In this document: positions 12,527-25,508 of the stretch, one piece after another
Numbering within the stretch: position 1 is the stretch's first letter
Layout: each line of letters begins with the position of its first letter
From: Curvularia clavata
Lineage: Eukaryota
Direction: 5' to 3'
Assembly (NCBI GenBank): GCA_023920165.1
Contig: CP089279.1
Coordinates: 2,728,001-2,792,000, forward strand
Length of the DNA stretch: 64,000 bases
Program-made: the position numbers and the translations under genes
Notes under the pieces: generated by a model
The model's database searches: none
Seen by the model: only the letters and a program-made list of their open reading frames with translations
Told to the model about the DNA's origin: nothing

Positions 12527-13217
12527 AACCGCCAAGATACTTCGGCAGGTCTATCCGAGCAAATCCCGAACAGGTGCACAGTTTCTGGCTGGCTAGTGGC
12601 ATTTTCTAATGCGGATGTTAGGAGTAAGATGGACAGTTTCATGCTTGTTGGTTCGGTTACATGCGGGGTCCTTCAAAGGGGCTGCTAGTACAGCCAAGCG
12701 TGTGGCTTGAGCCTTGTGATGGTGGCGCCTCCAGCATGGCTAAGACATCTAGCGTGTATGAAGTTCATCTGGCGTTCCCTCCCATCGATGAGACGAAGGC
12801 CCGGGGCGACGATCGGCGTGCTAAGATAACGGAGGATTTTCTTGTTCCTACCTAGTGTACGCGGTTAGGGCTCACCAAGACTCCTTCTGTATTTACCACC
12901 GGACATAATGACAATAGTAAGCTGGTGAGCTTTTCGATGAGTCTTTTTTTACGTGTCGATCTCTTTTATTGATGTGTGTGTGCATGCTTTCGAAACATGG
13001 CAAACCGTATTTACATCTTTTTAGTGGGAATTACAATGACTGTGAACAGGATCTAGTACCTCTCGTGTTTTCCAAACACATATGCCAATTGCGCCTTAAT
13101 GCGAGGTTCGTTATAAATCATGTTGCTTACTTCTTTTTTTGACGAAAGGAGAAAAGAAGAAGAAAAAGGACTTCAAACGACAGAACCAAAACTAAAACCA
13201 AAACCAAACGCGATTAA

Positions 13218-14123
13218 TTAAATGGACGAAAAGCCGGGTATCAAAGTAACAGCGCCTTCTGTTGCAAATTCATAGTCATCGTCGTGCTCGCTCGAGTCAT
13301 GCCTGGCCGCCTTGAGGCGTATGTCGTTTCTGACATGCAGGACCTGACCGGCTAGCTCGACCAAATTCTGGCGACACAGGACTTTCTTGAGTACGACAAA
13401 GTCAAAGTAACTTTCCGGAAAGTCGAAATGGAGAGCCATGTCAGCGATGTGCAGGCGCGCTAGCGCTTTGCGGAATAGCGGGTTGGCGTCGGCCATGTAG
13501 AAGCCCGTTAGTAATCTTTGCGTCTCGAGCCGGCTGTCGTTGTCTTTGGTGTTGGTATTGCTACTGCTGCTACTGCTACCATAATCGCTGTCCATATACC
13601 GGCGGGTGTCGGCGCACAGCTTCAAGGTCAGCAGACGGGTTTCGACGGCCGACAGGAGGTAGGATAAGCTGGTGCTATAGCGCTGAGCACCGACACAGAC
13701 GGGTTTCCAGATGCCTGTCCTCCGGTCCCGGACCGTAAGCATGGACTTTGGGTAGTAGAGCAGATCTATCTCGAGGTGTCGGACGAGCGGCAGATCGCGC
13801 AGTTGCAGAGGCGGCTCAAAGGCTCCGGAGCCTTCTTCGTCGTCCTCGTCGGCATCTTCTCCGCCTGGTCCCGAATTTGTCCGTGATGGCGTGGGCGGAA
13901 TTGAGGTGATGTAAAAAGTGTTTTTACCAAAGAAGACGGAGCGTGCTTCGTCGTAGATTTGCCGGTTTGTGCGGAGAATGGCGGTATGTAGGTCGTAGGT
14001 TTTGTCTTGTCGAGCGAGTTGGCCTTTGAGAGGAGTCGAGGCAACGAGGAGGTGCGAGTAGATGTTTAGCCGAAGTTCTGGCGGTAGGACGTCGAGGAAT
14101 GGAGAGTGTGTAGCGGAAGCCAT
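13218..14123 (-). CDS. Hypothetical fungal protein with N-terminal F-box-like segment
   Basis: SPFLDVLPPELRLNIYSHLL...TAILRTNRQIYDEARSVFFGKNTF is a common fungal F-box-like N-terminal pattern. Single ORF from ATG 14123. Confidence 0.7.
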   Translation of the reverse strand: MASATHSPFLDVLPPELRLNIYSHLLVASTPLKGQLARQDKTYDLHTAILRTNRQIYDEARSVFFGKNTFYITSIPPTPSRTNSGPGGEDADEDDEEGSGAFEPPLQLRDLPLVRHLEIDLLYYPKSMLTVRDRRTGIWKPVCVGAQRYSTSLSYLLSAVETRLLTLKLCADTRRYMDSDYGSSSSSSNTNTKDNDSRLETQRLLTGFYMADANPLFRKALARLHIADMALHFDFPESYFDFVVLKKVLCRQNLVELAGQVLHVRNDIRLKAARHDSSEHDDDYEFATEGAVTLIPGFSSI

Positions 14124-17100
14124 GTTGGATCTTTTGGATGAGTTCTCTTGAACCCTTTGCGCCCAACTCCGAGTGTAACACGTTTTATAGACGAGCAAAC
14201 GGTTACCGGCAGGGCATGAAGGGGTATAGTCAGGGAATAAGAAAACCAGATCCTTCAACGATTAAAAAAAAAGCACAATCCCTGGGTTTGTGGCGACTTT
14301 GGAACAACAGCGATTGCTCAGCGACAAGAGCGCGCAACCCTGGTTCTTATCCTCTTCTCTCGCAGCCGACCGCGCCATCAAGTGACCCCGTCGCCATCGT
14401 CATTCCTTCCCAAGGACGTGTGATTTGTAACACTTGATTCGCTCCACCTAGCGTTCTAGGAACCAGATTGCCAGGAAGGCCTCTGTCGGCAATCTTTGGA
14501 AACCCTCGCAGGACGACGTCCATGCGCCCAAACACGCATTTCCAAATCAGCCCCTAGCCTCCACTACGCTTGACTTGCGGATCATCGATGCCCACAGGGA
14601 TTCATTAGACGCGATATGCTCGTGGCTGCTAGTGCTGGCGGGTACATGCAGCCGTGCGCTTGTATCGGTGTAGGAAAAGATAAAACTATGGCCGATGGTT
14701 CGGGAACGCCCTGGGGAGGGCATGTCGAGCGGCTGACGGGCCCTGCGCCATGGCCTGTTGCTCAAACACAAGATGCGTAGTTGGTGTTGCTAGTGCCGTT
14801 CTGGAAACGATGGAACAATAGCCCTTCCTTGGGCTCGGGAGTGGTTTCGCATGTCGGCTGCGCCAATGGCTCGCTCTGTGCTTCCAGTGTGCTGGGCGAC
14901 AAAAGTTTGCAGGCCAGCTGCCGTTGGATGGACACTTCCGAACTATATCCTCGCTTCTCCACCCTCCACCACCACACCACCGCCACAACCACCACCACGA
15001 CCCTCGTCGCCAGACATCGGCCTGCGACCGGCCACGAGCGTGAACCAAACCCAAGCTGAGACCCTTCACCATATACGGCCGTACATATACCACTCCGAGA
15101 CTCGTCCAAGCTAAACCGCCCTCCCCTCAAATTTACCTAATCGGGCAGACTCTCTTCTCCCAAGCACCTTTTGCTCTTTTCGGCGCCCGAAAGCACCGAG
15201 CAAGCGCCCATGTTTACGCCTTGTCTACTTCCAACACGCTGCCTTGCTGCTCAGGCTGTGCCACACGCAGAGCCCCCACGCCGGCATAAAAGAACTCAAA
15301 ACTAACCGTCCCTGTTCCTACACAACAATAGCCCGAAGTTCAGCCCATTCTCCCTCTGCGTCTGGCCGCTTACTCAATCGTCAGCAGCAGCTCATCGTGT
15401 CCATGCTAGCAAAGTTTGAGTATGGCTCGGAAGGGCTAGCGAGCTTCGCTGAAAACCTATCGACGCCACAGAAAAGAACGGGAACGCACATGGCGCCCTA
15501 GAGTGATCAGCACACCAGTGAGGCGGGTGCATTCTCCCTTCGCGAATGAGAGTTGAGCCACAGCAGACTGCACTCCGCACACGTGCGCAGGCGCCGTCAA
15601 GGCCTCCCCCCAATAATTTGTTCTGGAAGCACGACCAGAGCATAGATCGGCTAAAAACGTTATTTCCAGATGATCCATGAACCCTTCAGCTGCTTGTCTC
15701 CCAACTGCCGCTCGGCCTCACAAACATGCTTCCACATCATCTCACTATCTCATCGCCTACACAAGTCATGACGTAGATACTTCTTACAGATAGTGAAGCC
15801 CAAAGAAGGAGGTGCCTTTGGTTTTTCCCTCGCAACAAGCTACTGTGCCCTACCCTTCCTAGCTTGACATGCCGATCAGAGAATCCTCCGAGCCAATGCC
15901 GCGGCTCTGAGACGGCGCCCTTGTCCTCTGTATCGCTGCCTCTTCGGCACGCCGTTCGCTCCTTGAGTTCATTTGACCCAAACCTCACTGTCGGGCGCCT
16001 GGGACGCGCCACCACCGTTGCCTCCCTTGTAGCAAGGGGAGAAGAAAAAAAAACAAGACGCAGTACACGTGGCTGGCCACTTTGCGCCGCCTTGTCCTCC
16101 TCTTTCCCTTCGCCGACCAAACTTCTCCGGATGTGATTCCGTACGCACAGCCCACCTCACCCACACAAAGACAGATCTATGCCTTCCCTTGATCGCTGTG
16201 CGTTGGGCTGCGGAGAAAGAGACCGCAGGATGCCATCGGCCCGTTTGGCCGTGGCACAACAGCAGAAAAAAGCTCCGCTTTGAACAGGTGCATGAAAGAG
16301 AGGGTAGGTGCAAGCGTGGTGCATATGCGGCTCCTTTCGCCGAGAGATGCACCATGGCAAGAAGGCAGGTCGCCCGGCACCTTGGGGTTGGAGGGTTCTT
16401 TCGTTCGTACGTTGCATCTTATGACGCCATAATCGTACGATGAACCTCTTTAAGGTGCTTACGGGAAAGGCTGGGAAATCAACTAACATCCCCGCGCACC
16501 ATGGGCATAATAACGACTTCAGTATGGCGCTGCATGGCTCCCTTGATGGCGGTTACCTGCAGGGCCAAGCGTGGCTAAGGAACGACCCTGATCGGCAGCC
16601 GGTCAAACCAGCATTATGGATTGGGAGAGGAGTTGCCAGGGAATCAACAAATTACAGCTGACGGATGACATGTCGTTTAACGGTTGGTGATCAAACGCAT
16701 CCTGGGGGAGCATCCCAATCGTGTGCTAGGCGTCGTGGCAGGGCGCACGGCGTCGTCAGCGTCAGACGGAAGGACGTCGGCCAAATACGCTCAGAAATAT
16801 GACAGGGAAAGTGAAAAGATCCTCCAATAGCAGACGACCCGAAATGAGAAAATGAAGCGGGTACTGTATCCATTTGACTTGGTAAAGGTGGAAATGTTAC
16901 TCAAAGAATCAGCACTTGAGCCTCACACGATGTTGGTCTTACGGTTTTGGACAGGAGGAACGATTTTGGATGCTAGGAAGGAACACATGCAGGTCGTCGG
17001 TGAAGGGTGAAATGAACAAATTTGGAAAATGATGAAATGGATACGAAAGAGTTAGTCAGGCGTTTGCCACAGAACCCTTTCCACGTTCATCACTTACCAA

Positions 17101-19940
17101 ATACCATTCTACATTCAAGCACCCAAGAAGGGACCAAGAAGCTCAAAAGCATCTCAACAGCCGCATTCCATTCCCGAACTCCTTCTTTCACGACCTCAGC
17201 ATCCCCCTCCGCAAACGGGAACTCCCATCCTACTTCCCCGGTTAACTAGCGATAACCCCTCCCACACACAGCCACGTCTCTACCATACTTGGTTCCTCCC
17301 CCATACCCCAGCTCCTGTTCCCGTCCCTACCCCCTACCCCTCGCTTAAACCTTCATGTGTGCCCCAAGAACTGCCTAATCGAGCGACGAATCTCTTTTTC
17401 TTCTTCTCCCGGACATTCCGGGTGTCTAACAAGGCCGGTACCATGCCGTCGATACGTGTGAACTCCAGGGACAAGACTGCCGCCTTGCCGATTTCCACAC
17501 ACACGCGCGCGGACAGCCTTGCAGGATCCCTGGTCACTGCTGCAACGTATTGAATACGGAGTACGTTTGCAAATGGCACTTTCGGTCCGTTTCTTTTTTC
17601 TTTCACTATTATCCTCGTCGTGTTTGAGCCATAGTGGAGTGGAGTACAAGTGTGTAAGAAAGCAGAAAGAGTAGAGCGAACAGGGAGAGGAAGAGAAACG
17701 GAAAGAAGGGAACGTGTGTAGTGTATGGCAAGATTGGACAGGGAGAACAGGGGGGTAAGATGGAGACCACGCCTTCCTCCCCCCTTTCCACGGTCGTTCT
17801 AGAATGCGGGGGATAGGGCATGTGTCTTCGGATCCGCCTTTTGCTCAACCCAAACGTGGGCAGCGTGACGATACGTTTGCTGGGATATACAAGTAGGTAA
17901 GCAGATGGGTAGGTTGGATGGCACGTTAACAGGTTGGATATGGAGAGGTGGGTGGCTTACTGTACGTCTTACTGTGCCAGGTAGTTAAACTTTCCGACTG
18001 GTGTTTTAGGAGCTGTGCATGGGGGTATTCGGCATTGTTGGAGAATATCACTCGCGTGAAACTTAGACCATACACACATATTCTTTTATCTCTTCTTTCA
18101 GAAATGCTAAAACTAGATTGGCTGGGCGGATGCTGGCGCGCTCAGAGATTTCAAGTGGACGGCAGGTCCTTGTACTCTTGATGAACTAGGGCAAGGGGGT
18201 GGGAAGGATATGTGGAATGATTCGCGTGGAGTGGTGTAGTTTGACGGCATTTCGGGTAGGCGCGTGGAGCGGGTATGGTTCGGTGGAGTAGGGTGGAGTA
18301 GTGGCGGTGCTTGCCGTTAGGAGGTGCGTACCCGGAGGAAGAGTCAGTGTAGTACTACTTGTGCATTTGCCGTGGCGCCCCGATCTACATACAAGTGCGT
18401 AGCTATGCTTTTTTGAGCTACCAGACATACACGAATGTACGACAAGTATAACGTCATTTCATATTGTTTTATGGGTTGAGAAATCAGGATGTATCTTGAT
18501 AAGACGAGTATCATGGTTCAAGCGTCTCAAAAGGAGTTTAGTGATATCCCACCGCTCTACGAACACTTCTAATTGGAGCATATAAAGCCAATCGCTACCC
18601 CCTCCTCACCATCGTCACTCCAGCAATTTCAAAGAAAGTCACGTGCTGGCCGCTCCTCTTTCACCTAACACACACATACGCCCAAACATACACGCACATG
18701 TCAAATCTCGACACAAAGCCACGCTTGAAAAAAGATGCATAGGCAAAAGCTCGATACAAGATCCAGTCTAGCTGTGCATCTCGTCAAGAACCACACCTAC
18801 TCATCCCCTCCACAGACAAAACCTCTACATCAAAATCACGTGCTCTTAACGCCCACCCTTTCTCTCTAATCAACAGCTATCTAAGCCCAGAAACCCAAAT
18901 TTAGTTATACTCTTCCAAAACCTCGCCGTCAGTGTAGCAAATAAATCACTAATGACCTTATGAAACCGTGCATCCTTTGTAGCCACAGCCTTGGAGCACT
19001 ATTCCTTCAACCCGTCTACCTATACTTCTATTAAACCTAGTAACTTACTAAGAAACCGCCCTCTTTCTTATCGTTATACCCATCCAGTCCTTTTCCAGTC
19101 TTATATACCTAGTGTGTGAGACACAACATAGACGTTCGTACCACACTTATACCCAACACCCGCAACTTTATATCAGACAATCAAAAGTACTGCTGTAGTC
19201 TCAATCAAAGCGAGAGCCAAAAAAAAAAGGCTCTCAAAAGCCAGATGATTTCATTCACACCTTCAACCTCCAACTCACGACGCAGAAGCAGAAACAAAAA
19301 TGCAGTGTTCATATTGCCAGCCCGCTATTCCGCTCTACAAAATATCCATCAAGTTTGAAAAAAAAAAAGAACAGGCTTTTTCCGCTTTCCATCTACATAA
19401 CGCTCCCGAACCCAAACTCAAAGTCCTCCACAAGCTCACAAAACCAAACCCAAAAAATAATAGTATCGAGAGAAGCATATTACCAAGCCTTCACCATCCC
19501 ACGTGGCGGGAGTTACACGGCCCGAATTAAACCTTCTCTTCGCCGGTCGCCAACGAGCGCGGGCTGACTCTCAAAGGATCAGAGACTACGCTTTGTGAGT
19601 GGTTGATGGAAGGATGGGGGTGGGGCGGGGAGTATTTGGTGACATTTGTGTACAATTGATTTGAAGAAGGGAGTGGTGGCTGGGTAGGTAGGTAGGTAGA
19701 TAGGTATGCAGAGCGAAGGAGAGTAAATAGCAACGAGGCAAGGTATCATGTTAGTCATGCTCATTGCGCAAACGCACTAAAGAGAGCCTTGTGAAAACAT
19801 CTCGACAAGTGAGAGAGAAAAGGGAGGAAAGAAATAAAGAAACATGTCATTATAATAATAATAATACACGTCGGAGTTTACACTACCTCTTCAACCAGTC
19901 TGCTAGAAAGAGAAAAAAAAGCTAGCAAAAGGAAAAGTAT

Positions 19941-21743
19941 TTAGTAATCTCTCCTCCTCCTTCTCCTGGTTTTAACCGGCGACCCATTTCCCTCGTCATC
20001 GCTGCTAAAATAATCATACTCGCCATCCTCATCGCGACCATAGTCGTATCCATGATCTGGGCGACGCTCACGCTCACGACGATCGTCTCTCCTATCGTCT
20101 CTCCCACTGCCAGCACCACCACGAGACTTTGACCTCAACCTGTCAATAACACTGCGGCTTCTAGCCCGCAAGCCCCCACGGTCATGGTCACGGTCACGAT
20201 CATGCGTTCTAGCTCTCTCCCTCGATCTCGATCTTTCTCGCTCAGGAGACCGACGAGTACTTCTACTCCTATTCATTCCGTTAACAAAAAACCCTGCCCA
20301 CTCTGTGCAAACACAAATGACAGGAAAAGGATATAAGAGTCCAACGTACCTCGATCTCGTCGCAAGTTGTCTGGCGCCCAGCGCGCCCGCTGCCGCACCT
20401 GCTAGCGTCGTTAGTCGACCTTTACCTAGGGATCTGCCTGCAAGACCGCCTGCCAACGCACCTCCCACCGACGCCGCAAGCCCCTTTTCCCGCAAGTCCA
20501 TGCTGTCGAATCTGTCGCGCACTTTAGCCATGCGCGAGTCTTCTCGAGCGGAATCTTTGCTGGGGCGGGAGCGGTGCGAGTGGGAGTCTGCGGACCTGGC
20601 TCGGCTTCTATGCGAGTGGGAGCCGTGGCGGCGGTGGTGATGGTGGCTGCGAGAGGGGTCCACGAGAGGTGGGGCGTATTGGACCATGTCTTCGCGCGCT
20701 GGGGGAGCAGAGTAGGCGGGGTAAGGTGGGTTGGGGATGGGGCCGTAGGCGGGCTGGGAGTTTGAGCGTTGGCGAGTAAAAGGGGGTGGAGAGGGTTGGT
20801 AGCCAGTTCCGTTGGCGGCGAATTCGGTGTGATGGTACGGGTTCAGGGGCGAGTTGGAGCCAACTGGTGGGGGCGGGATAGGCGCATCTCCAGTTGGTGG
20901 AGGCGCTGTGGAATTATACACGGGGCTAGGTGCGTATCGAGATTGACCTCGAGTAGCGTCCTGCTGTCCGTAGTCACCACGGGGTGGTGAGGGTGCTGCT
21001 GGCTTCGGGGAGTTAGTGACTGAACGCTGAAGTAGAGTCGCAAGAGGCGGTTCAGAGGATGGAGTAAAAGAAACAGAAAGAGGAGAAGCACGCGGAAGTG
21101 TGTCAGACAAACGGGGTCGAAACCGAGGACTCGACGGCGCTGATGCAGTCCGGCTTCTCGACAACGGCGGACTGGCGTTCGCCGGTATCGAATGCTCGGG
21201 CATGGCCGCGAGCGTCGCTCGTCGAAAAGAGGAAAGTCTATTTACCTGGGGCGAGTATCCGTATGATGTCTGGCCGGAAGCGTATTCCTGCGGATTGTAC
21301 GGCTTGTAATCGGAGGAGGGTGGAGGGGGAAAGTAGGGTTGCCTCTGCTCGGGCTGGGCCATGTCTTCTCTCGAGTCGCTGTAAGAGCCGTCAAAGTCGC
21401 TGCTGTACCTGTGACGTCGGCCGCGGCTCAGACTTCTATTGGACGTTCTTCCAGCACTCTTGGCACGTCGGTCCTGCTTCCTTTGGTCGTACTTGCGGTC
21501 GTAGTCGGAGTCGTCAGATGGGCTGTAAGCTCTTCGTGAACGGCGGGCACCAGATTGGTCCTCGCTTCTGTATCGTTGTCTGCCGTTTGCCTCGCGGTCT
21601 TTGCGATCTTTGCGATCTTTGCGGTCCTTTTCGATGCGTTCCTCTTCTGCGGGAGTGAAGAAACCACCGGGTATTTTCTCAAAGAACTTGTCGGGAATTT
21701 GCTCTGCGCCGTAGGAAAGCGCCTTGAAGGCGAGGGCCGCCAT
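19941..21743 (-). CDS. Pro/Ser/Arg-rich hypothetical protein with glycine-zipper segment
   Basis: 600-codon ORF with GLAASVGGALAGGLAGRSLGKGRLTTLAGAAAGALGA. Two probable in-frame introns at 21245-21003 and 20349-20269. Confidence 0.75.
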   Translation of the reverse strand: MAALAFKALSYGAEQIPDKFFEKIPGGFFTPAEEERIEKDRKDRKDRKDREANGRQRYRSEDQSGARRSRRAYSPSDDSDYDRKYDQRKQDRRAKSAGRTSNRSLSRGRRHRYSSDFDGSYSDSREDMAQPEQRQPYFPPPPSSDYKPYNPQEYASGQTSYGYSPQVNRLSSFRRATLAAMPEHSIPANASPPLSRSRTASAPSSPRFRPRLSDTLPRASPLSVSFTPSSEPPLATLLQRSVTNSPKPAAPSPPRGDYGQQDATRGQSRYAPSPVYNSTAPPPTGDAPIPPPPVGSNSPLNPYHHTEFAANGTGYQPSPPPFTRQRSNSQPAYGPIPNPPYPAYSAPPAREDMVQYAPPLVDPSRSHHHHRRHGSHSHRSRARSADSHSHRSRPSKDSAREDSRMAKVRDRFDSMDLREKGLAASVGGALAGGLAGRSLGKGRLTTLAGAAAGALGARQLATRSRYVGLLYPFPVICVCTEWAGFFVNGMNRSRSTRRSPERERSRSRERARTHDRDRDHDRGGLRARSRSVIDRLRSKSRGGAGSGRDDRRDDRRERERRPDHGYDYGRDEDGEYDYFSSDDEGNGSPVKTRRRRRRDY

Positions 21744-22906
21744 CTTTCAGAGCGGCCAGGAATCCGGATGTCGGGGTGTGACGTAGGAGAGACTCGGACG
21801 CGGCACTGTGATTGGAGCGCAGCGGCACTGGTTCCAGCGAAAAAGACGGGGGAGCCTGGTTGGTCGAGGGGGATGGCGTGGAAGAACGGCTGGATGCGAG
21901 TGTGTGCAGATAATGTAGAATGAAGGCTATACAGGGCGTGTAGAGAGATAGAGTGTTGGTTTGATGGAGTCTTCTTTTGGAAGTGTACGCTGAGAAGAAG
22001 CAAGGTGAGAATCCGAGGTGAGAGTGTGGTACGATGTGTAGCAGCCGGTGAGCAGTAGATGAGCTGGGCGACGGGGCAAGAGGGAGTTAGATATCCGCGA
22101 CGGTCTTGTGCGCTTAAACCCCACGATAGCAGTGATTCGATGCCCCAGAGGCCAGAGGCGAGACGGTGGTAGGCGCGTTACGACGTTGGTGCGATGACGT
22201 CGTTTGTCGTCCTGAGGGCTCGTGCGCACCTGTCATTGGAGCCGCATGCCAGAGATCGTCTGCGTACCATACAATGTACGCTGATGCTACTACAGCAAAA
22301 AGCATCCATCACTGCATGTTTCAGACGTCTGTTTGGACCGCACATGGCTTTCCATACTTGATTCTTTCACCAGACGACGGATACACAAGATACATACATA
22401 CTGTTCTTGTGTACCCAACACCTAGTTGCCACTCGCTGACCTTCCACAAATATCCCATTATATTCTGGCATGTACTCCTATAAGCGAGAAAACAAGGCGC
22501 CATCGGCAATAGCAGCAAATCCCTTTGTTACAAGCCGGGCCCTAGTCGCCAGAAATGCAAGGGTGGGGGGAAGCGCTTTGTGTGGGACTACGCGGCCTTG
22601 GCTGTCGTGAAAATGGTAATGCGCTGGCAAAGCTCGTCAGCTCTGCGGCCCCGGCCACTCGCATCTACGGAGCCATGTGCGATGACGACATGTTTGAACT
22701 GCGTTGCTTCACCGCCATCATCACGCGTCACGCGTGCACTCTGTGGCTTGCATAATGGGAGAGCTTGAAGCCGATACCAAAGTGCGCATGGCGAGTAGAG
22801 TGTCGGTACAGTCTGACAATGTGTACATACTGGGTATCAAACTATCCAAACGCCGCTGGGAGAAAAAAGACTCGATAAGAGGTGCCTCTAGCACTACACA
22901 TCGCCA

Positions 22907-24103
22907 TTACACATCCCCACCAGTGCCTGGAGTGGGACTGCGCAATTCACCCGCCGGTCTACCAGTGCTATCCGGCACCTCAATCATGTCCTCCACCATC
23001 CTCAGAAACCTCTGCCTATACTCGTCGCTTGAAGTCGTAATGCTCATCGGACCATGATCCTTCCCCGGCTTCACCTTGTTAAACAGCTTAACCAGACCAG
23101 TTAGCGTTTGAGCCTGAAGTGCGTCTTTGGCCCAAAAGAAGTCGAGGATGACGGCCCTGTAGACCCACTTGCCGTCGCGCGACACAAGACCACTACGCCA
23201 TGACGATCTGCGTCCTGGGGGCGCTGGGATGTTGCCATTGTCTGCAGCGCTAATATGAGCCGGGTAGCGCACGAGGAACAGCGAATAGTCGACAGCGTTG
23301 TTGTCCTGCAAGATCTTGGAGTCGCGCGAGAGTTGCGCAACCAGCTCTTCTTTTTGATCAATCGTTACCCGGATCTTGTCGTTGAACTCGTCAATGAGGC
23401 GCTCTTTGACGCTTTCTGGCGCCAGTCTTCCATTCGCTACGTCACGCTCGGGGTAGAAATAGTCGTTGGGTTTGAGATCGTACGTCTCCCATTGCTTCTG
23501 CTGGTCCTTGCTGCAGCTAGACTTGCCGTATAGAATGTTCTCCATTACAATGTGGTGGCTTGGGGCTGTACCCAGTGCAGCGCCGAGAGTTGCTGTTGGA
23601 GAGTAGAGCAGATCCGTTATGCGAACCAGGAGAGAGTCTTGGTTGAGCTCCATGTGCTCTACATAGGGATCAAGCAGGCGCGTGCGGAAAAACGACTGCT
23701 CGAAATGCCGTGGCAGCGACTTGATCAGGAATTTTGAATTTGGCGTCGTGAAGAACGTCTAATACACGTTAGCAGGCAGTCTCTCATCAAACATGCAGCA
23801 TTCATATTGTCATACCGATCCCGAATAGCCCAGATCGCCAATAGCTACCAGATCTGTCCGCTTGCTGCTGCTCGGGCTGCGGAAGCTCTCGGTGTATTCC
23901 TCCTCCTCCATCTCCCACGTATCGTTCCTCAGCTTCTTGAACAGCGAGGCGCGGAACCGCGCCAGAGTAAGGTTGAAGAGGGCGAAGAAGGCGTAGATGC
24001 GTGCCCAGAAGCCCAGACGTTGAGTCTCATCGTTTCTGGGTGCATCGGCCCTGAAGATGGCGCGTAGGATGGAGTTGCTAATGAGACGGTCGCGGCGTCC
24101 CAT
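22907..24103 (-). CDS. Phosphatidylinositol-phosphate kinase (PIPK core) family protein, divergent (2 exons)
   Basis: GDLGYSGS|TFFTTPNSKFLIKSL, VMENIL, YDLKP, VDYSLFL, ILDFFW and YRQRFLRMV. One intron ~23760-23814. Confidence 0.8.
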
Positions 24104-25508
24104 TTTGGCTTCTGTGTAGGTATAGTGTCGGAGTAGGTGATGATCACAGAGCTAAAGAGGATTCAGCATCGCAAAGGTGCGAAGCGTGTTGTGCAACCAA
24201 GGACCGCCATATTCCAGTGACGTCAACGCGCTAGAGTCAACAACTTCCATCGTGGCGGACGTCGTGGCGGACGTCTCCCGTCAACGGTGGAAACTTCACC
24301 ACTACATGTTGGTCGCTCACGATAGTCACTTGGACGTTCTTTTTCTATCACAGACGTCTGGCTGGACTCGGCGACACGGCTGGTGAATTCGTCGTGTGCT
24401 GCAGCTAATATTTAGCTCTTAGCAACCGCCACCACGATTCTTCAGCCACGTTTTCCCTCGCCATATGCAGTCAACCGTGCGATATTGCAGCCCCTGAGCT
24501 CTCCGCGGACGAACTACTCGTGACATTCGATGAACGACAACTCAGCCTCGCAAAGTTTGAGGGGGGCAACTATACTTTTGAAATTGTTATCAGAATATCC
24601 CTGCCAAACTGCACATGTTGTCTAGGGGGCAGAGGCAATGACGCGTAAAGAGTCGTATTTCGGATTTGTCGATATTCATCCCTGCCCTTTCAAACATGTG
24701 CTATTGGCAAGCTATCGGGTGAGAGGACGCACACCCCTCACTGTACCTGCACTACGGAGGTCCGACTCGCGACAAGCTTTGCTGTTGCTTCTGACAAAGA
24801 CTGTCCCAATATAGCCAAACAAGCGGCTGTTGTATATTACATTGCTAGCTTGGCGGCATGCCAACGCCTCGGCCGCCACAATCTCGACGCCAGAATCCGC
24901 ATCTCAAAAACACCCAGATAAGCGAGCCCATGTCCTGTAACGCTGAGGAGAGTCTCGACTGCCCTGGACCGATGGCATCTCTCCTTGTCTCGTACATAGT
25001 TTGGTGGAGCCGCCTACACATGTTGCAGTATCTGGGATCTGGATGCGCCTCAACATATAGTAACACAGTAGCACGCCTGACCGGAGACTGTGATAGTAGA
25101 GCGCCTAGAGTCTTTGTGCGCATATACATTGTTTTTTATTCGTCCCGAGCCTTTGACTACCAAAAGGCGCCCCACGTTATTCCGTCCTTGGTGCTGACCC
25201 TAGTAATCAAAGGGTTCTTCATGTTTGCCGTACTTCAGTCGACAGGCTATTGGATGTGTTCTGTCTGTTGCAGCTGCAGGGTCTTTGGAGCCATGCCGAC
25301 GGGCTTTGGCTTGCATCAGTTTAACTGCCTTAAGCAGGCGACGACTAAACATATAAAGTATCTCTCTGTGCAACGTGGCAGTGAGACTGTCCCAGCGGCA
25401 TTTCTACTTGCTCTTGACTTGTAGATAGCTTGGGCGCAGAGAGGAGTAGTCTTTATCTGTTGTTGAACCATCTCCTAATTCAAACCTGTGTCCACAACCG
25501 ACCAAAAC

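Noticed and set aside
24858..25424. 188-aa plus-strand ORF
   Set aside because: No recognisable domain, and it overlaps the TATA-like upstream region of the gene at 25509.
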